Source of the DNA: Somniosus microcephalus
Lineage: Eukaryota
DNA: 64,000 nt
Assembly: GCA_052327205.1 (NCBI GenBank)
Contig: CM126216.1
Coordinates: 70,370,001 to 70,434,000, forward strand
Reading direction: 5' to 3'
The notes beneath the pieces are model-generated. The model was not told the DNA's origin. It saw only the letters and a list, made by a program, of their open reading frames with translations, and searched no databases. Position 1 is the stretch's first letter, and each line of letters begins with the position of its first letter. Shown piece after piece: positions 1 through 12,390 of this stretch. The position numbers were made by a program, and so were the translations under genes.

Positions 1-1132
1 AATGAAAAATTACACAAAAGTAGATGCACAAGGGAAAGCACATTGGTGTATCAACAAATGTTAGTGCTAAGTGTTGTTTTGATTGGACACATCAATGTTT
101 TTCTTTGCACCACTTTCGGGTCTTGTCCATTTTTGCCTCAAACCTCGGAAGTGGCTTTTTCACTTGGAGTGAATGGTGACACATTATTTAACCTCGAGCA
201 TTGGGCCTTTGGGTGAGAGCAATGGCTTGGTCATTGTATGGATGCTTTATTGGTGTTGTTGGGGTGGGGGCAGGGAGGTGGTAAGTTAGTACAGCATGTG
301 GCTGCATTGCAGCAAGTTAACTAAATCTGGCCATGATGAGGCCATCCCAGGCAGTAACGTGCACCACTGCTGGTGGCATCTGCATCTCAGCTTCCTCCTC
401 CTCCTCCTAAGAGGCTGTGTGCTGTGCGCCCTGCTCCCCCTGTAGCTCCAATCCTTGCTGCTGCACTTTGTTGTGCAGCGCGCAGCAGACGACGATGATT
501 CTGGAGACCCTGGTTGGTGCGTACTGAAGGGCTCCTCCAGACCTCTCAAGGCATCTTCAGCATGCCTATTGCTTGTTCTATTACACATCTGGTGGACATG
601 TGGCTCTCAATATAACACTCCTCGGCCTCAGTACTTGGCCTCCTTAGGGGTGTTATGAGCCACGTCTTCAGTGGATAACCCTTATCTCTAAGCAACCAGC
701 CAGTAACTGTTTGGAGGTGCCAAGAGTCGAGGATGGTGGAGTGGCGCAGCATGAATCACGACAGCTGCCAGGGAATCTGGTGCACTCATGCATAATATTC
801 TTTTTATGGTTGCAGACGAGCTGCACATTGAGGGAGTGGAAGTCTTTGCGATTCACAAACACTCCTGGATGATGATAGGGTGCCATCATGGCCACATGTG
901 TGCAGTCGATGACGCCCTGCACCTGTGGGAAGTCAGCCAGAGCTGCAAAGCCAAGCGCCCGCTCAGTAACACTGACTTCATCAGTGGCAAAGTTAATATA
1001 ATTGGCTGACTTGTGAATCATGGCATTGGTGACCTGTGTGATGCATCTGTGGGTGGCTGACTGGGAGATCTCGCAAATGTCTGCTGCAGATCCCTGGAAG
1101 GAGCCTGAGACGAAGAGGTTGAGGGTACTGGT

Positions 1133-1400
1133 TGATGTAAGAAAAAGGAGGCTTACCATCAAGTAACTTTAAAGTAAGCTTTAAGTAACTTATAAACACA
1201 CTATATACAAGAGAGGTCTTTACCATGCCTCTGGTAGAAGCCTCTTACAATACTGAACAGACCAGTATTTATACCAGTCCAACAGGAAGTGACACATGAC
1301 AGGAAGTGAGGTATGTACACAGTTCATAGTTCATAGTTCACAGTTCACAGTTCACAGGAAGTGATGACATAACTTCCCGGAAGTTATTATTTTTATCACA
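1133..1400 (-). repeat. 3' LTR of Gypsy element 1
   Basis: Direct repeat of 5443-5710 with TG..CA ends; TATAAATA box on the minus strand. Confidence 0.97.
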
Positions 1401-1433
1401 TTCTTCCCTCCTGCAGGTTTAGGAGGTTGTGGT

Positions 1434-4400
1434 CTACCTTTTGGTCCGCAGCCGCCGAACAAGGAAGAGTCGCACCCGTTTGGATTCCCGTCGTAGAGGG
1501 TCGCTGGTCCGCTTACATGCGGTTGGCCATTGGCCAGAGTCCGTGTGGCCTGGATTGCCCTGTGAAGGGTCGGGGAGATCATGGCTTCGAGTACGAGCCC
1601 CAATAGGTTCAAAGTCAGACTGCCTCTGTTCAGAGGGAGGTGCAGAGCTGGTCTGTGGCAGACCAGTACTTTCATGCGTGGTACTGGGAGGGTCGCAACC
1701 TTGAGCACGGGGTTCTACCGGCACCAAGCTAGTTGGTGTCCGATCAGGATCCTGGAGAGGGGTACCCGATAGGTCCCAAGAGTTTCCTGGTGAAATGCCA
1801 TCACCCGATGTCCCACTAGGTCCTGGTGGGCAGGGAGCCAGATCCCGTAATGATACGGTAGATTCTCGGCCGTCGGAATATCGTATGTTTGCATAGGTGG
1901 GGTTGGCATCGGTTAGTTCGACCTCGTCTACAAGAGGGTCATTTTTAGACGTCCGAACGTATCTTCGGAGTAATACAGGTCCAGGAGTAGTTAGCCATGA
2001 CGGGAGTGATGTCCCATGAGATGAGCGACGCTGGAATCCAAAGAACCGCTCATGAGGTGTAGTATTTGTGGCTGTAGAAAGCAGGGACCGTATAGAGTGC
2101 AATGCATCCGGAAGCACTGTTTCCCATTGCTGGTCTGGTAGGCCCCGAGATCTTAAAGCGAGACGTACGGAATTCCAGATGATACCGTTATACCTCTCTA
2201 CCTGCCCATTTCCGATGGGATGGTATGGTGTTGTTTTGCTTGTAGCAATTCCCCGTTCTGAGAGGTAGTCCTTGAGTTCCCTCGACATAAAGGATGGACC
2301 CCGATCTGAGTGAATATAAGCCGGCATGCCACAGAGAGAAAATACCTGCTCAAGGCAGGAGATTACTGTGGACGCCAGCATATTGGAGCAGGGGAAGGCA
2401 AACGGAAAACGTGAATATTCGTCGATCATGGCGAGCAAATATGTGTTCCGAGTTGAAGAGGGCACTGGGCCCTTAAAATCGATGCTAAGTCGTTGCATCG
2501 GTTGGGTTGCATGTATGAGTATACCATCTGAGGGGCGGAAGAACTGAGGTTTTAATTCCGCACAAAGCCGGCATTCTGAGCATATTTTCTTTACATCTCC
2601 AGTGGAAAAAGGGAGATTCCGTGATCGTACGAAATGTAGCATGCGCGTAACGCCAGGATGGCACAAACCATTGTGGACATCCATGAGGGTGGAGGATGAC
2701 ATAGTGGAGCAGAATGCCCGTGTGAGGGTGTCCGGGGCCACATTCTCCTTGCCAGGCCGATAGAGAATGGTATAACCAAAAGAGGCCAGTTCCATCCTCC
2801 AAAGTTGTATTTTATTATTCTTAATTTTGGTTCGTTTTCGATTATCGAGCATGAAGGCGACTGATCGTTGGTCCGTGATCAATGTAAAGTGCTGGCGAGC
2901 TAGAAAATGGTTCCACTTCCGTACTGCCTCTATGATGGCTGTGGCTTCTTTCTCAACCGGAGGATAATGTAGCTCGGCACCTTGTAAGGTCCTGGACATA
3001 AATGCTACAGGACGACCTTCCTGATTCAGAGTAGCCGAGATCGCCACCTCCGAGGCATCACATTCAACCACGAAAGGGAGATTCTCATCAATGGAGTGAA
3101 GAGCCGCTTTCTCCAACTGTTTTTTGAGAAGGTTAAAGGCTGCAACAGCCGCTGTTCCCAGTGGAAATGATCTAGCATGCAGCAAGGGTTGGATTTTGTC
3201 CGAAAAATGAGGAATCCATTTAGCGTAGTATGCAAACAGACCGAGAGCCCGACGTAAAGAAGCCGGATTCTTAGGTGACGGGAGCTCATGGAGCGGGCGA
3301 AGTCTTTCTGGGTCTGGCTTAATGATACCATTGCCTACGCAGTAGCCAAGGATGTTGATGGTCGGTTGCGACTCAACAGATTTGGATTCATTCAGGGTCA
3401 AATTACGGCGATGGAGGGCATCCCGAAATTTTTGGAGGTTGGAGTCGTGTTCCTGTTGATCGTGACCTGCAATGGTAATGTTATCAAGATAGGGAAAAGT
3501 GTCCCTTAGGTTTTCCTGCTTAACCAGGCCATCCATTGCCCGTTGAAAGACAGCCACTCCATTAGTAACCCCGAATGGGAGGCGACGAAATTGGTACAGC
3601 CGTCCATTAGCCTCAAAGGCTGTGTACTGCTTATCTGAGACCTTCAAGGGTAACTGATGATAGGCACTTTTTAAATCGTAAGTTGAGAACACTTTGTATT
3701 CGGCCAGTTTATTAACCATATCATCAATGCGTGGCAATGGGTAGGCGTCCAAGTCGGTATATTGATTGATGGTTTGCGAATAATCGATGCATAGTCGCTG
3801 TTTGTGAGGTTTTAGAGGGTTCTTGACAATGACGACTTGAGCCCGCCAGGGCGACGAACATGGTTCAATGATATCCTCTGCTAGAAGTCGAGAGATTTCA
3901 GCCGCAATAAAAGATTGGTCTTCCTGATTAAAGCGCCGCGATTTCGTTATTATCGGTTGGCATTGAGGCGGAATACTGGCAAATAATGAGGGTTCATCAA
4001 GTGAAGCTGCTGATAATGCACAAAATGGTAATTTAGACGGTATATTAGAAATAATAAGTCCGGGTTTGGATCCACCAAACTCAATGGTGAGTTTCTTATG
4101 CTGTTTTTGGAAGTCCAGTCCTAAGAGGAGATCACTACATAAGTCCTTGAGCACCGAAAGTCGGGTGGAGGGATACATACGACCATGAAGTGTCATATCA
4201 ACAACACAAAAGCCGGAGATTCTGGTATTAAGTGATGACTGGGCCATCGCAATTGCCTGGTCCGATGGGAAGACATGTAGTTTCAATTTCGCAACAATCT
4301 GTTCCTTAATGAAACTATCAGTACTTCCTGAGTCAATTAAGGCATCTAAGGTATGCCCTTTAATTGAAATTTTTGTGGCAGCATGAGACAGGTTCTGTGG

Positions 4401-5360
4401 GCAAGCAGCTGTAATTGGTGTCGTTGCACAGAGAGTGGCTAAAACTCTCGGTGTGCTTCTTCGGGAGAGAGCTCGAGAGGAAGCTTGATAGGTCCTAGCT
4501 GGAGCATCTTGATAGGCCCTAATTGGGGCAGTTCGGTAGGCCTTAGCTGGATTGGCCCTCGTAGAGGCCCTTGATAGGCAAACTTTAGCAAAGTGTCCTT
4601 TTTTCCCGCAATAACTGCAGATTGCATTGCGAGCAGTGCAGGTTTTCCTAGGGTGAAAAGCATCTCCACAAAAGAAGCATTCCTTCCTAGATTGCCAAGA
4701 GGCTGCTAAAGTGGGGTCGTCCTCCTCTTCTTCATCAGAATTATCAGAATTAGATTCCCCCATGATAGGGTTCACCTGAGACCGCTTGAATTGTCTGGTT
4801 GCAGCTACAGCAGCAGATCGAGATCTGGGCAGCTGATAGAGGTCTGCATTTCTCTTTGCCAAATCCAGTGAACAAGCTAGGTCAAAAGCTTTTTGTAGCT
4901 CAAGTGTTTTACTTTCTAGCAGACGCTGGCGTATAAATGGAGAGGCAATCCCGCAGATGAAAGCATCACGAATCATTTCTTGGCGGTACAGCTCAGCTGA
5001 GGCTGCCTGAAAGTTACAATCTACGCTGAGCCTGCGAAGTTCTTGCAGGAATTCGTCAATTGATTCCCCTGGCCCTTGTCGGGCTGTGGCCAGTAGATGT
5101 CTAGCATAGACCTCATTTGGGGTCTTGGCATACAGTTTCTTAAGTGCCCGAATCACCTCATCGTAATTATCCCATTCATCAACATATTCGAACACTTTTG
5201 GGGTCACATAATTGATAAGTATCTTCAATCTAGCAGGAGCATCCGCTTCACATTCATCCAGAAAATTCTCAAAAGTACGGTACCAATGCTTCCATACCCT
5301 GCCAGCTGCTGGTGCATTCGGGTCCAAGTCCAGACGAATAGGTCTAAGGATTTTCTCCAT
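1434..5360 (-). CDS. Gypsy Gag-Pol polyprotein, 1308 aa (Gag CCHC knuckles, protease, RT, RNase H, integrase)
   Basis: CSYCGKKGHFAKVC knuckle; LIDSGS protease; RT motifs LPFG and YLDN; RNase H ECDAS; integrase H..HPG..C..C, DFKG, HSDRG, NGQVER; no stops. Confidence 0.97.
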   Translation of the reverse strand: MEKILRPIRLDLDPNAPAAGRVWKHWYRTFENFLDECEADAPARLKILINYVTPKVFEYVDEWDNYDEVIRALKKLYAKTPNEVYARHLLATARQGPGESIDEFLQELRRLSVDCNFQAASAELYRQEMIRDAFICGIASPFIRQRLLESKTLELQKAFDLACSLDLAKRNADLYQLPRSRSAAVAATRQFKRSQVNPIMGESNSDNSDEEEEDDPTLAASWQSRKECFFCGDAFHPRKTCTARNAICSYCGKKGHFAKVCLSRASTRANPAKAYRTAPIRAYQDAPARTYQASSRALSRRSTPRVLATLCATTPITAACPQNLSHAATKISIKGHTLDALIDSGSTDSFIKEQIVAKLKLHVFPSDQAIAMAQSSLNTRISGFCVVDMTLHGRMYPSTRLSVLKDLCSDLLLGLDFQKQHKKLTIEFGGSKPGLIISNIPSKLPFCALSAASLDEPSLFASIPPQCQPIITKSRRFNQEDQSFIAAEISRLLAEDIIEPCSSPWRAQVVIVKNPLKPHKQRLCIDYSQTINQYTDLDAYPLPRIDDMVNKLAEYKVFSTYDLKSAYHQLPLKVSDKQYTAFEANGRLYQFRRLPFGVTNGVAVFQRAMDGLVKQENLRDTFPYLDNITIAGHDQQEHDSNLQKFRDALHRRNLTLNESKSVESQPTINILGYCVGNGIIKPDPERLRPLHELPSPKNPASLRRALGLFAYYAKWIPHFSDKIQPLLHARSFPLGTAAVAAFNLLKKQLEKAALHSIDENLPFVVECDASEVAISATLNQEGRPVAFMSRTLQGAELHYPPVEKEATAIIEAVRKWNHFLARQHFTLITDQRSVAFMLDNRKRTKIKNNKIQLWRMELASFGYTILYRPGKENVAPDTLTRAFCSTMSSSTLMDVHNGLCHPGVTRMLHFVRSRNLPFSTGDVKKICSECRLCAELKPQFFRPSDGILIHATQPMQRLSIDFKGPVPSSTRNTYLLAMIDEYSRFPFAFPCSNMLASTVISCLEQVFSLCGMPAYIHSDRGPSFMSRELKDYLSERGIATSKTTPYHPIGNGQVERYNGIIWNSVRLALRSRGLPDQQWETVLPDALHSIRSLLSTATNTTPHERFFGFQRRSSHGTSLPSWLTTPGPVLLRRYVRTSKNDPLVDEVELTDANPTYANIRYSDGRESTVSLRDLAPCPPGPSGTSGDGISPGNSWDLSGTPLQDPDRTPTSLVPVEPRAQGCDPPSTTHESTGLPQTSSAPPSEQRQSDFEPIGARTRSHDLPDPSQGNPGHTDSGQWPTACKRTSDPLRRESKRVRLFLVRRLRTKR

Positions 5361-5442
5361 GATGGGTGGTTCCCTGGATCCTTAATTCCGAGTTTGTCCG
5401 AAGGTCTAGTATTCGTGAGTGTAAATACTAAGTTACTTAAAT

Positions 5443-5710
5443 TGATGTAAGAAAAAGGAGGCTTACCATCAAGTAACTTTAAAGTAAGCTTTAAGTAACT
5501 TATAAACACACTATATACAAGAGAGGTCTTTACCATGCCTCTGGTAGAAGCCTCTTACAATACTGAACAGACCAGTATTTATACCAGTCCAACAGGAAGT
5601 GACACATGACAGGAAGTGAGGTATGTACACAGTTCATAGTTCATAGTTCACAGTTCACAGTTCACAGGAAGTGATGACATAACTTCCCGGAAGTTATTAT
5701 TTTTATCACA
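5443..5710 (-). repeat. 5' LTR of Gypsy element 1
   Basis: Direct repeat of 1133-1400; lies upstream of the gag ATG at 5360 on the minus strand. Confidence 0.97.
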
Positions 5711-6597
5711 CTGGTGACTTTGACAGAGTGTCCACCAGGACCTCTGGGCAGCAGGTCTTGTTCAGGCAAGCTACAAATGTCTGCAATGACCTGGCGCTAT
5801 AGCCTGAGCTTCCTGAAGCACTGCTGTTCAGTCATGTTGAGGAAGCTCATCCTCTGCCTGTATACCCTGTGTTGGGGGTATTGCCTCCAGCGCACTGCAG
5901 CCCTGTGGTGCTCCTCTCTCTCCTGTGGAGCATCAGGTTGTTGAGGAGAAGGCTGCTGTTGCGGTTGCTGCTGGTGTTGTTGCTTCTCTTGGTCTGATTC
6001 TGAGGACCAAGGTGAGACAGTATAAGTGGTACCCATGTTGATGTAGTAGATGGCAGGTGAAGTAGCAGAGGGCCAATCCCTCAATGTTCTAATACTGAGT
6101 AGCAGTGTGGTGAGAATGGCTTCTGAGGTTTCAGAAATGACCTACAAACACCTAAAATTGTGCACAGAATGAAGTCATCAACAGCCTTTCCCTTAGGCAA
6201 CTAATGAGGTGTAAGGTGTGTGTATTTATCTGGTATTTCCAGCTGTTAATTGTTGTCCTCGCACAATGGCCACTGAACTTCCACCTCCCGTTCACAGGCG
6301 AGGTTCTGAGCTGCATGCTTCCCGTGCTCATGCTGTTAAATTCAGAAGCTGCAGTTAAAAAGTCTGGTAAGGGTTTGATAACAAGCATTTAATGAGTTCA
6401 ATTAGGTTGCCCAGCTCTCAAGATTGGGTCTGTGGCGCATTGGCAAACGCACCCGAGTTAAAGGCGCGAGGAGGCGGGATGACGGCGGGTTCCCGACGCG
6501 CTGCCTATTTTTGCTTTTTTACAGCCAACCCACCTCCAAACCCGCACGCACGGCAATGGGAAAATTCTGGCCATTGTTGCAGAAGTGCGAAGAAAAT

Positions 6598-7357
6598 GGC
6601 TCAGAAATTCGGGTCTCCACGGGTGAGTACGCGCTGGGTACTCACGCGTAGGCCCAACAAAAGTGCCGGTTTCGTGCATGCACTGCGCATGCGCGGGAAA
6701 CAGGAACTTCCGTTCCCTTAAAGGAAGGGGTTCAGAGGTCGAACGCGTGCGCCGGAGAAGCAGCGCGTGTGTCTGGAACTTACGTTTTTTTTGCAGGTTT
6801 CTCCGGGAGGGTAATTCTCCAGCAGTTACACTTTTAAAAAGCAGGCGCAAGGCCTGCTTTTAACAAGGTAAGTGGTGAATTAATTAAAATTAAAACATTT
6901 TTTCCACAGGTTTATTATTTTTAAATACTTTAAAGAAAGGTAAGTTTATTTTTAGCCCCGTTAGAAAATGTAATAAATTAAAAAAAATAATTAAATTATT
7001 GTTTAAAATAGTTATTTTATGTAATTTATAGTTATTTTAAAAATGTGATTTAAAAAAAATAATTATTTGAAGTTTTAGTTATGTTTTGGGGCTCATAGTA
7101 TTTATAGTTTGACAGCTCTTCCTGTCAAATTTATGAATGGGCATTCCCTCCTACCATTGGCTCTCCATGGCCCACATGATCCTAGGGGACGCTTCGAACT
7201 AACTGCGCCCCTGGGATATGCAAGCACTGCGCGTCGGCAGTTGAAGGAGGCCCAGGATCGGAATTCCACGCGGGCCCACAGCACAATGGCCGTCGCTCTA
7301 GGTAAGTGCAGGTCGGAGGCTTGCACCCGCAGAAAGCCTCCGACCCGAATTTCTGGA
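6598..7357. mobile_element. Harbinger-type MITE (family A, copy 1)
   Basis: Ends GGCTCAGAAATTCGGGTC...GACCCGAATTTCTG; GC-rich arms around an AT-rich core; homologous over its length to 31906-32655. Confidence 0.8.
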
Positions 7358-9600
7358 ATGTCTTTTTCACTAATGGAAAAAATATAGAACAAATTAATGG
7401 TGATGAAGATCAGATTTACCACCCTCCTTCCACTGATTTTTCAGCGTAACTGGGAAGGGTAGGAGTGAGATATGGGTTTGAGATGCACTCTGCCATATTG
7501 TAAGCATATGCAAATGAGGGAAATCCCTGGCATTCAGCATTGGAGGATAAGGGGGAGAAGGTTTAAATTCATTTACAGGACTTGGCATCAAATTGAAAAT
7601 TGAAAAGATACTATTCTTTTACATAGTAGCAATAAATAGAAAATATTTTGTGCTCCTCCTACCCTACAAAGGAAAGTTTTAGACTTTCCTGATAATGGCC
7701 TCTCTCTCTTCAGACCTGCTCCTGCCTCACGGTAAAGCAGCTGTAGCTTCCCCGCTCAGGCCCTGGTTAGAATTGCATTGGGGTCCTTCTTGGGGTCTGA
7801 TTTGCTCCTAAATTTAGCTGGGCACCTCATCTTCCTGCAACAACCTGCAGGTTAAAATCGGAATTAGTTGGGATCTGAGCAGGTAAGTAATCTGCTCATT
7901 TTTAACTGGCCACCCACCTGGTTTCCGCCGGGTGGCTCGTTAACATCGACCACATTTGTCCATCATCGTAGGTTGACTGGTAACTAAAATTTACAAAAGT
8001 CAACAATATATTTTTTATGCAATGATATTTTCACCATTTAAATTTAAGCTACAAAACACAATGCAACACATCAAAAATGTTCTTAAAGCTTTGTTTACAA
8101 CATTGTTGGTACTTAGAAACAATGTAACGCATAACACAAAATAATGTTTCCACACTATTCCAAGTTATTCACCTGTTTTCCAATAAGATAAAAGGAAAAA
8201 TGGGCAATGTAGAAGCCCTGCAAAAGTAAATTTACAAAATTTTAACAAGTAGAACAAAATTATTTTCCTGTTATCAACCCATCATTGAAATCTTATAGCT
8301 TTTAAAAGAAAAAGCGAACTTGCACTGTCTATAACAGACTCATAGAAAGTGCAAAATTAACAGACTTTACAAAAAAAATATGTACATCACACATCAGTTA
8401 AATACATCCATTCAGTTTTCTGGGTTAATATTTCTTCCACTAAAATGCATATTACACACCTAACATTTTATGTGCTCAGAGCACCACTACATGTCCTCTT
8501 CTGCTTGCTGCAAATAATTGCTGTTTGCAAGTGGTCACCAAGCAAGAATACTATATTCCTGAGTTGATGTCACATAATACTAGCTTCTCAATACTGACTA
8601 AAAAGTTATATGAATGGTTACGGGCAAGGCAAGTGTCAGGGAATGGCTTCAAATACTTTTCCCCATAAAAAAGTAATCACAGGCATAGTTTCAGCACTAT
8701 TTTGCCAAATGTTCTTTCTAAAATTGACAACAACTACATCTCCGGTCCTTGGGCATCACATCACTGCTATTCAAATTATTTTTTTACATCCTTAAAAACT
8801 GTAGAAATAGGAGACTAAAAACATAATGTCAGAAACTCCTATTGTTTAAATATTTACTCAACAACTTCAAAGGACGTTGTAAAGAATGCAAATTCTGTTA
8901 CTCTTTTTCTTTAAAGTACATTTGTACAAGTAATATTCCAAAGGCTAAAAAATTTCAAATCTGTGCATGATGTTATCATTACCAATCATTATATTGTTTC
9001 ATTGTAACTCCTGTGTACTAGTATGTATCAAAATCAAGCAAGGTAGAAATGACTCGTGATAAATTCAAATCAGCATTGACTGCCACAAACCTTGTGATGT
9101 GAATGAAAAAAATCAGTCCACTTGGGAAAACAATGTAAAAGCTACTGTGTAACTTACTGTGGTGCAGTATTTGTCATATAGTGAGCCTGCTCACCCCCTT
9201 TTAGGTTTTCACTGCATTTTGATGGTGGTCATGTATCAGCTTAAACAAAGTTTAATCTGCCACAAGACAGACCATAGGCCAAAAATAATCATTAACATTT
9301 TATGAAATGTTAAAACATATTTACCTGCATTCATATTTTCTGTGAGATGTGCATAATGATGTACACCAAGATGTCTTAATTTGATATGTAAACTTATGAA
9401 ATGATACAGTTTGCATAGACTTCTGGAATGACTCAATGTCCATGCAGCCCTCAATGCATAATTAACCAATTACTTGAATAATTGGAAAATATATGCTTGC
9501 TATTGTGATATAAAATGCTTGCAGTATTTTGGAACATTTGATCATTTTAATTGGTGACATTTTGTAAATGTATGTTATGATTAAAATGGAATGACTGCTG

Positions 9601-11471
9601 TCATAATGTAACAGATTCATAATCTTGGGACTCTGGAGGTATTGCCAAACAATTCTCCGTGCCTAAATTTGCAGTTGCAGCTGTGACATATTCTTGCTGC
9701 ATATTTCCATCAGTAGGAGGAGGATGTACAATAGGATGAGTTGGTGTTTTTATCAGGCTTACAGTTTTATCCAAGGTCACATTAGTAACTGGAATATTGA
9801 CTTCAGGTGAGTCAACCTCTCTTACTGTACAGGTCCCTTTTTCATCACAGGTTGCAACCAACTGCGAGTCATCCTGCAGAGGCAATGCCATGTGCTTGAA
9901 GTTCAGAAGATTTTGCTCAGCTGCACGTGCCACATGAACTGAAGTCATGGATCTGACTATTTTACAGGAACTATTTAAACACTGCCTGACAGGCGAGACA
10001 GGCGAGGTCTGCATGATAGCAATCTGATGCTCAGGACTGTGGAAATTAATATTTCTTATAGGGTTCTGTTTGTGCACAGTTGGTGAATGTTTGGAAGGAC
10101 TCTGGTGAGCAGAAGGCATGACATGGTTTTCAGGGGCGTAAATGTCCCAGGCCTGCTGATACAAAATTGAGGCCTGTTCAGCAGGTTGTGGTTTATCTGA
10201 CAATTCTAATGCTTTAGGTGCACTGACAGTAGCATCTTCTGGTTTTGGTAACACAAGCTCCTTCTGAGCAAGTGCATGATTTTCATCATGTAGAATCTCA
10301 GTCATTGGTTCTGAAATAATCTGATCATACTTATACTCAGTATCTGATAAATTGTCATACTGAGAAACATTTGAAACCCGTCTTCCACTTTGGAACTCAT
10401 CCGCATCTTTTATTTCTGTGCTGTTCAAATCAACTGAAGTTTCTTGCGTTAAATCACTAAAGGATGATTTCTCCTCTTCTGGGGATGAAAGCTTCACTAA
10501 CAGCATAGGTTGTGGTTGATCAACAGGGGAATATGCTTCCAATTGTTCAGGGACATTCAGGCCAGAATAAGTATGCAATGTTTCTTGTGGATTTGGGAGT
10601 AACAAATGCATTTCCTCAGAGAACAGTTCTGCAGGGGGAGGCTCTGGGAAAGGTAATGGCGTATTCTCATTGTTTTTCAAATCTGTTAGTCCATCACTTC
10701 TCGATGGGGAGGGCTCATCACTGCTGTATTCTTCATCTAGGGATTGCTCATGCACGGACTCTGAAGCTAGTGCCTGGCATTTCTGCGGAGACTTTGTAGC
10801 CATATTTGTGAGTACAGAAACTTGATCAATTTCTGAACAGCATGCAGATTGTTCTTGCGGAGATTGGGTTTCAGCTATTTCAGTTGTTCCTGTATACTCA
10901 GCTTTGCTCATGTCTTGACAATTGATCATACTCGCTTCTGGAGAGTCGGTGGTTTCTTTTTCTGAAACTATAAAGTTAACTTCTTTTAAACTTGGGATTG
11001 CATCATTTTCTGCAATACAAGTCTCACTATTTTGAGCAGGTAGGATGTCTTCCTTCTTTGGAGGCTGCACTGTATCTTTTTCTGGGATAGGAGGTGGACT
11101 CATTTCTGAAAGTACCACTTCATCTTCTTTTGGTAATTGGGTTTGGTCTTTTAGAGGAGACGTGGAGTTATCATGGACTGGAGCTTGAGCTTTACAAATT
11201 TCCACCAAATGAGCATGGCTCTCTTCTAGAGAAGGAGTCTCATTCTTTTCTGGAGAAGGAGCCTCACTCTTTCCCACAGGCTCAGGGACAGAAGATTGGA
11301 TGTAGCTTTTTTCTGGTGATTTTCTGTCAACCTCATTATCAGGTTCAAAGTCATTTGATGGAGGATTAACCTTTTCATTCTTGCCATTGGCCAAGATGTT
11401 GGTCTTCTCTGGTTTTAAAGTGACAGAAATTTCCTGCCCTAATGGTTTGTTGGGAAACTCATCAGGTTTTG
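9601..11471 (-). CDS. USP6NL: Last coding exon of a USP6NL (RN-tre)-like TBC Rab-GAP gene (long disordered C-terminus)
   Basis: Acceptor ...ccattttag| at 11472-11473, phase 1. The exon opens (A)KPDEFPNKPLGQ, resembling USP6NL GKEDEYPKKPLGQ; internal RRVSNVSQYDNL resembles KRGSTASQYDNV; C-terminus ESVTL* resembles ESVLL*. About 620 open codons. Ortholog versus paralog cannot be resolved here. Confidence 0.8.
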
Positions 11472-12390
11472 CTAAAATGGATCAAAAAAAAAATGCCATT
11501 TAATCTGAAGATAATATAAAATGTAAAAGAGACAAATATTGTGTCTGTAAATTGTGCATACCATCTAAAATAATGTTCTTGCAGAATATAAGACATTGGT
11601 TCTATAGTACAGTATATAGGTTCAGTTCATTTAATTATTTGTTGTGTTAGATTTGGCTTTTCTTCGCACACATTTGTGCCTATTGATAAGATTCATAGAC
11701 TCTGAAGAAAACATTAAAACAGCATTTTAATCTCAGCAGAATGAGGGATAGAAGGAAAGGAAAAACAGGTCTGTTTAACCCTGCAACAAGTACTCCTCCT
11801 AGTGGCCAATGAGTCCCACTGAAAGTTTCTGTGGTTAAGTTGCACGAGGGGAAAATAGTGAAGGTGGCAACATTGCACTTGGAAGATAATCTAGAAAGGC
11901 CACGAAATTAAAATTTGCTGCACCAGTGTCAGGCACAGTCAGGACACTAACATGTTGCAATACAGAATGATAGGAGATAGGGTCACTCCTACAATTTCCT
12001 GCATGGTGAAGGCACCTGATGTAATCTGAGCTACTGCTGGGGACAAGGAGAAGGTCAAAGCAATGGAGGTATTTCCCCAGAAGCAGAAATTGTGAATCAA
12101 CTTGGGTCCATCCATCACCTCTCAGCTGGTTTCAGAATGACACCATCAGTGGCCTGGCCACAGGATATTCGGGTGCAACTTTTAACCAGAGAATTGTACC
12201 TGGAATAGGATAACCTAAAAGAGGGGAAAGAGGAGAACTGTTCATCATCAACAGCACCCAACATTCTATTTTGTCTGAACTGTTCAAATATTGATTTTAA
12301 TGTAAACTTTTCAAAAGAAAAAAATACTTTATCTAAAGAATTCAGTAAAATTATAATTTATAATTATGAAAGAATCATGAAATATTTGTT

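Larger units (their letters stand above)
1133..5710 (-). mobile_element. Full-length intact Ty3/Gypsy LTR retrotransposon
   Basis: Two 268-bp TG..CA LTRs (1133-1400, 5443-5710) that read as identical; 5-bp TSD CTGGT (1128-1132, 5711-5715); polypurine tract on the minus strand at 1401-1412; single gag-pol ORF. Confidence 0.97.
1..6572 (-). mobile_element. PIF/Harbinger DNA transposon (degenerate), interrupted by a Gypsy insertion; left end lies outside the window
   Basis: Minus-strand HARBI1-type DDE transposase pieces: MSFLNMTEQQCFRKLRL (~5850), then [59 protein letters not shown] (1127 to ~540), with frameshifts. TIR-like end GGAAAATTCTGGCC at 6559-6572. Confidence 0.85.

Noticed and set aside
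12199-12213. Possible 15-nt minus-strand microexon (ttttag|GTTATCCTATTCCAG|gtacaa)
   Set aside because: Weak donor site and no recognisable homology; cannot be supported without transcript data.
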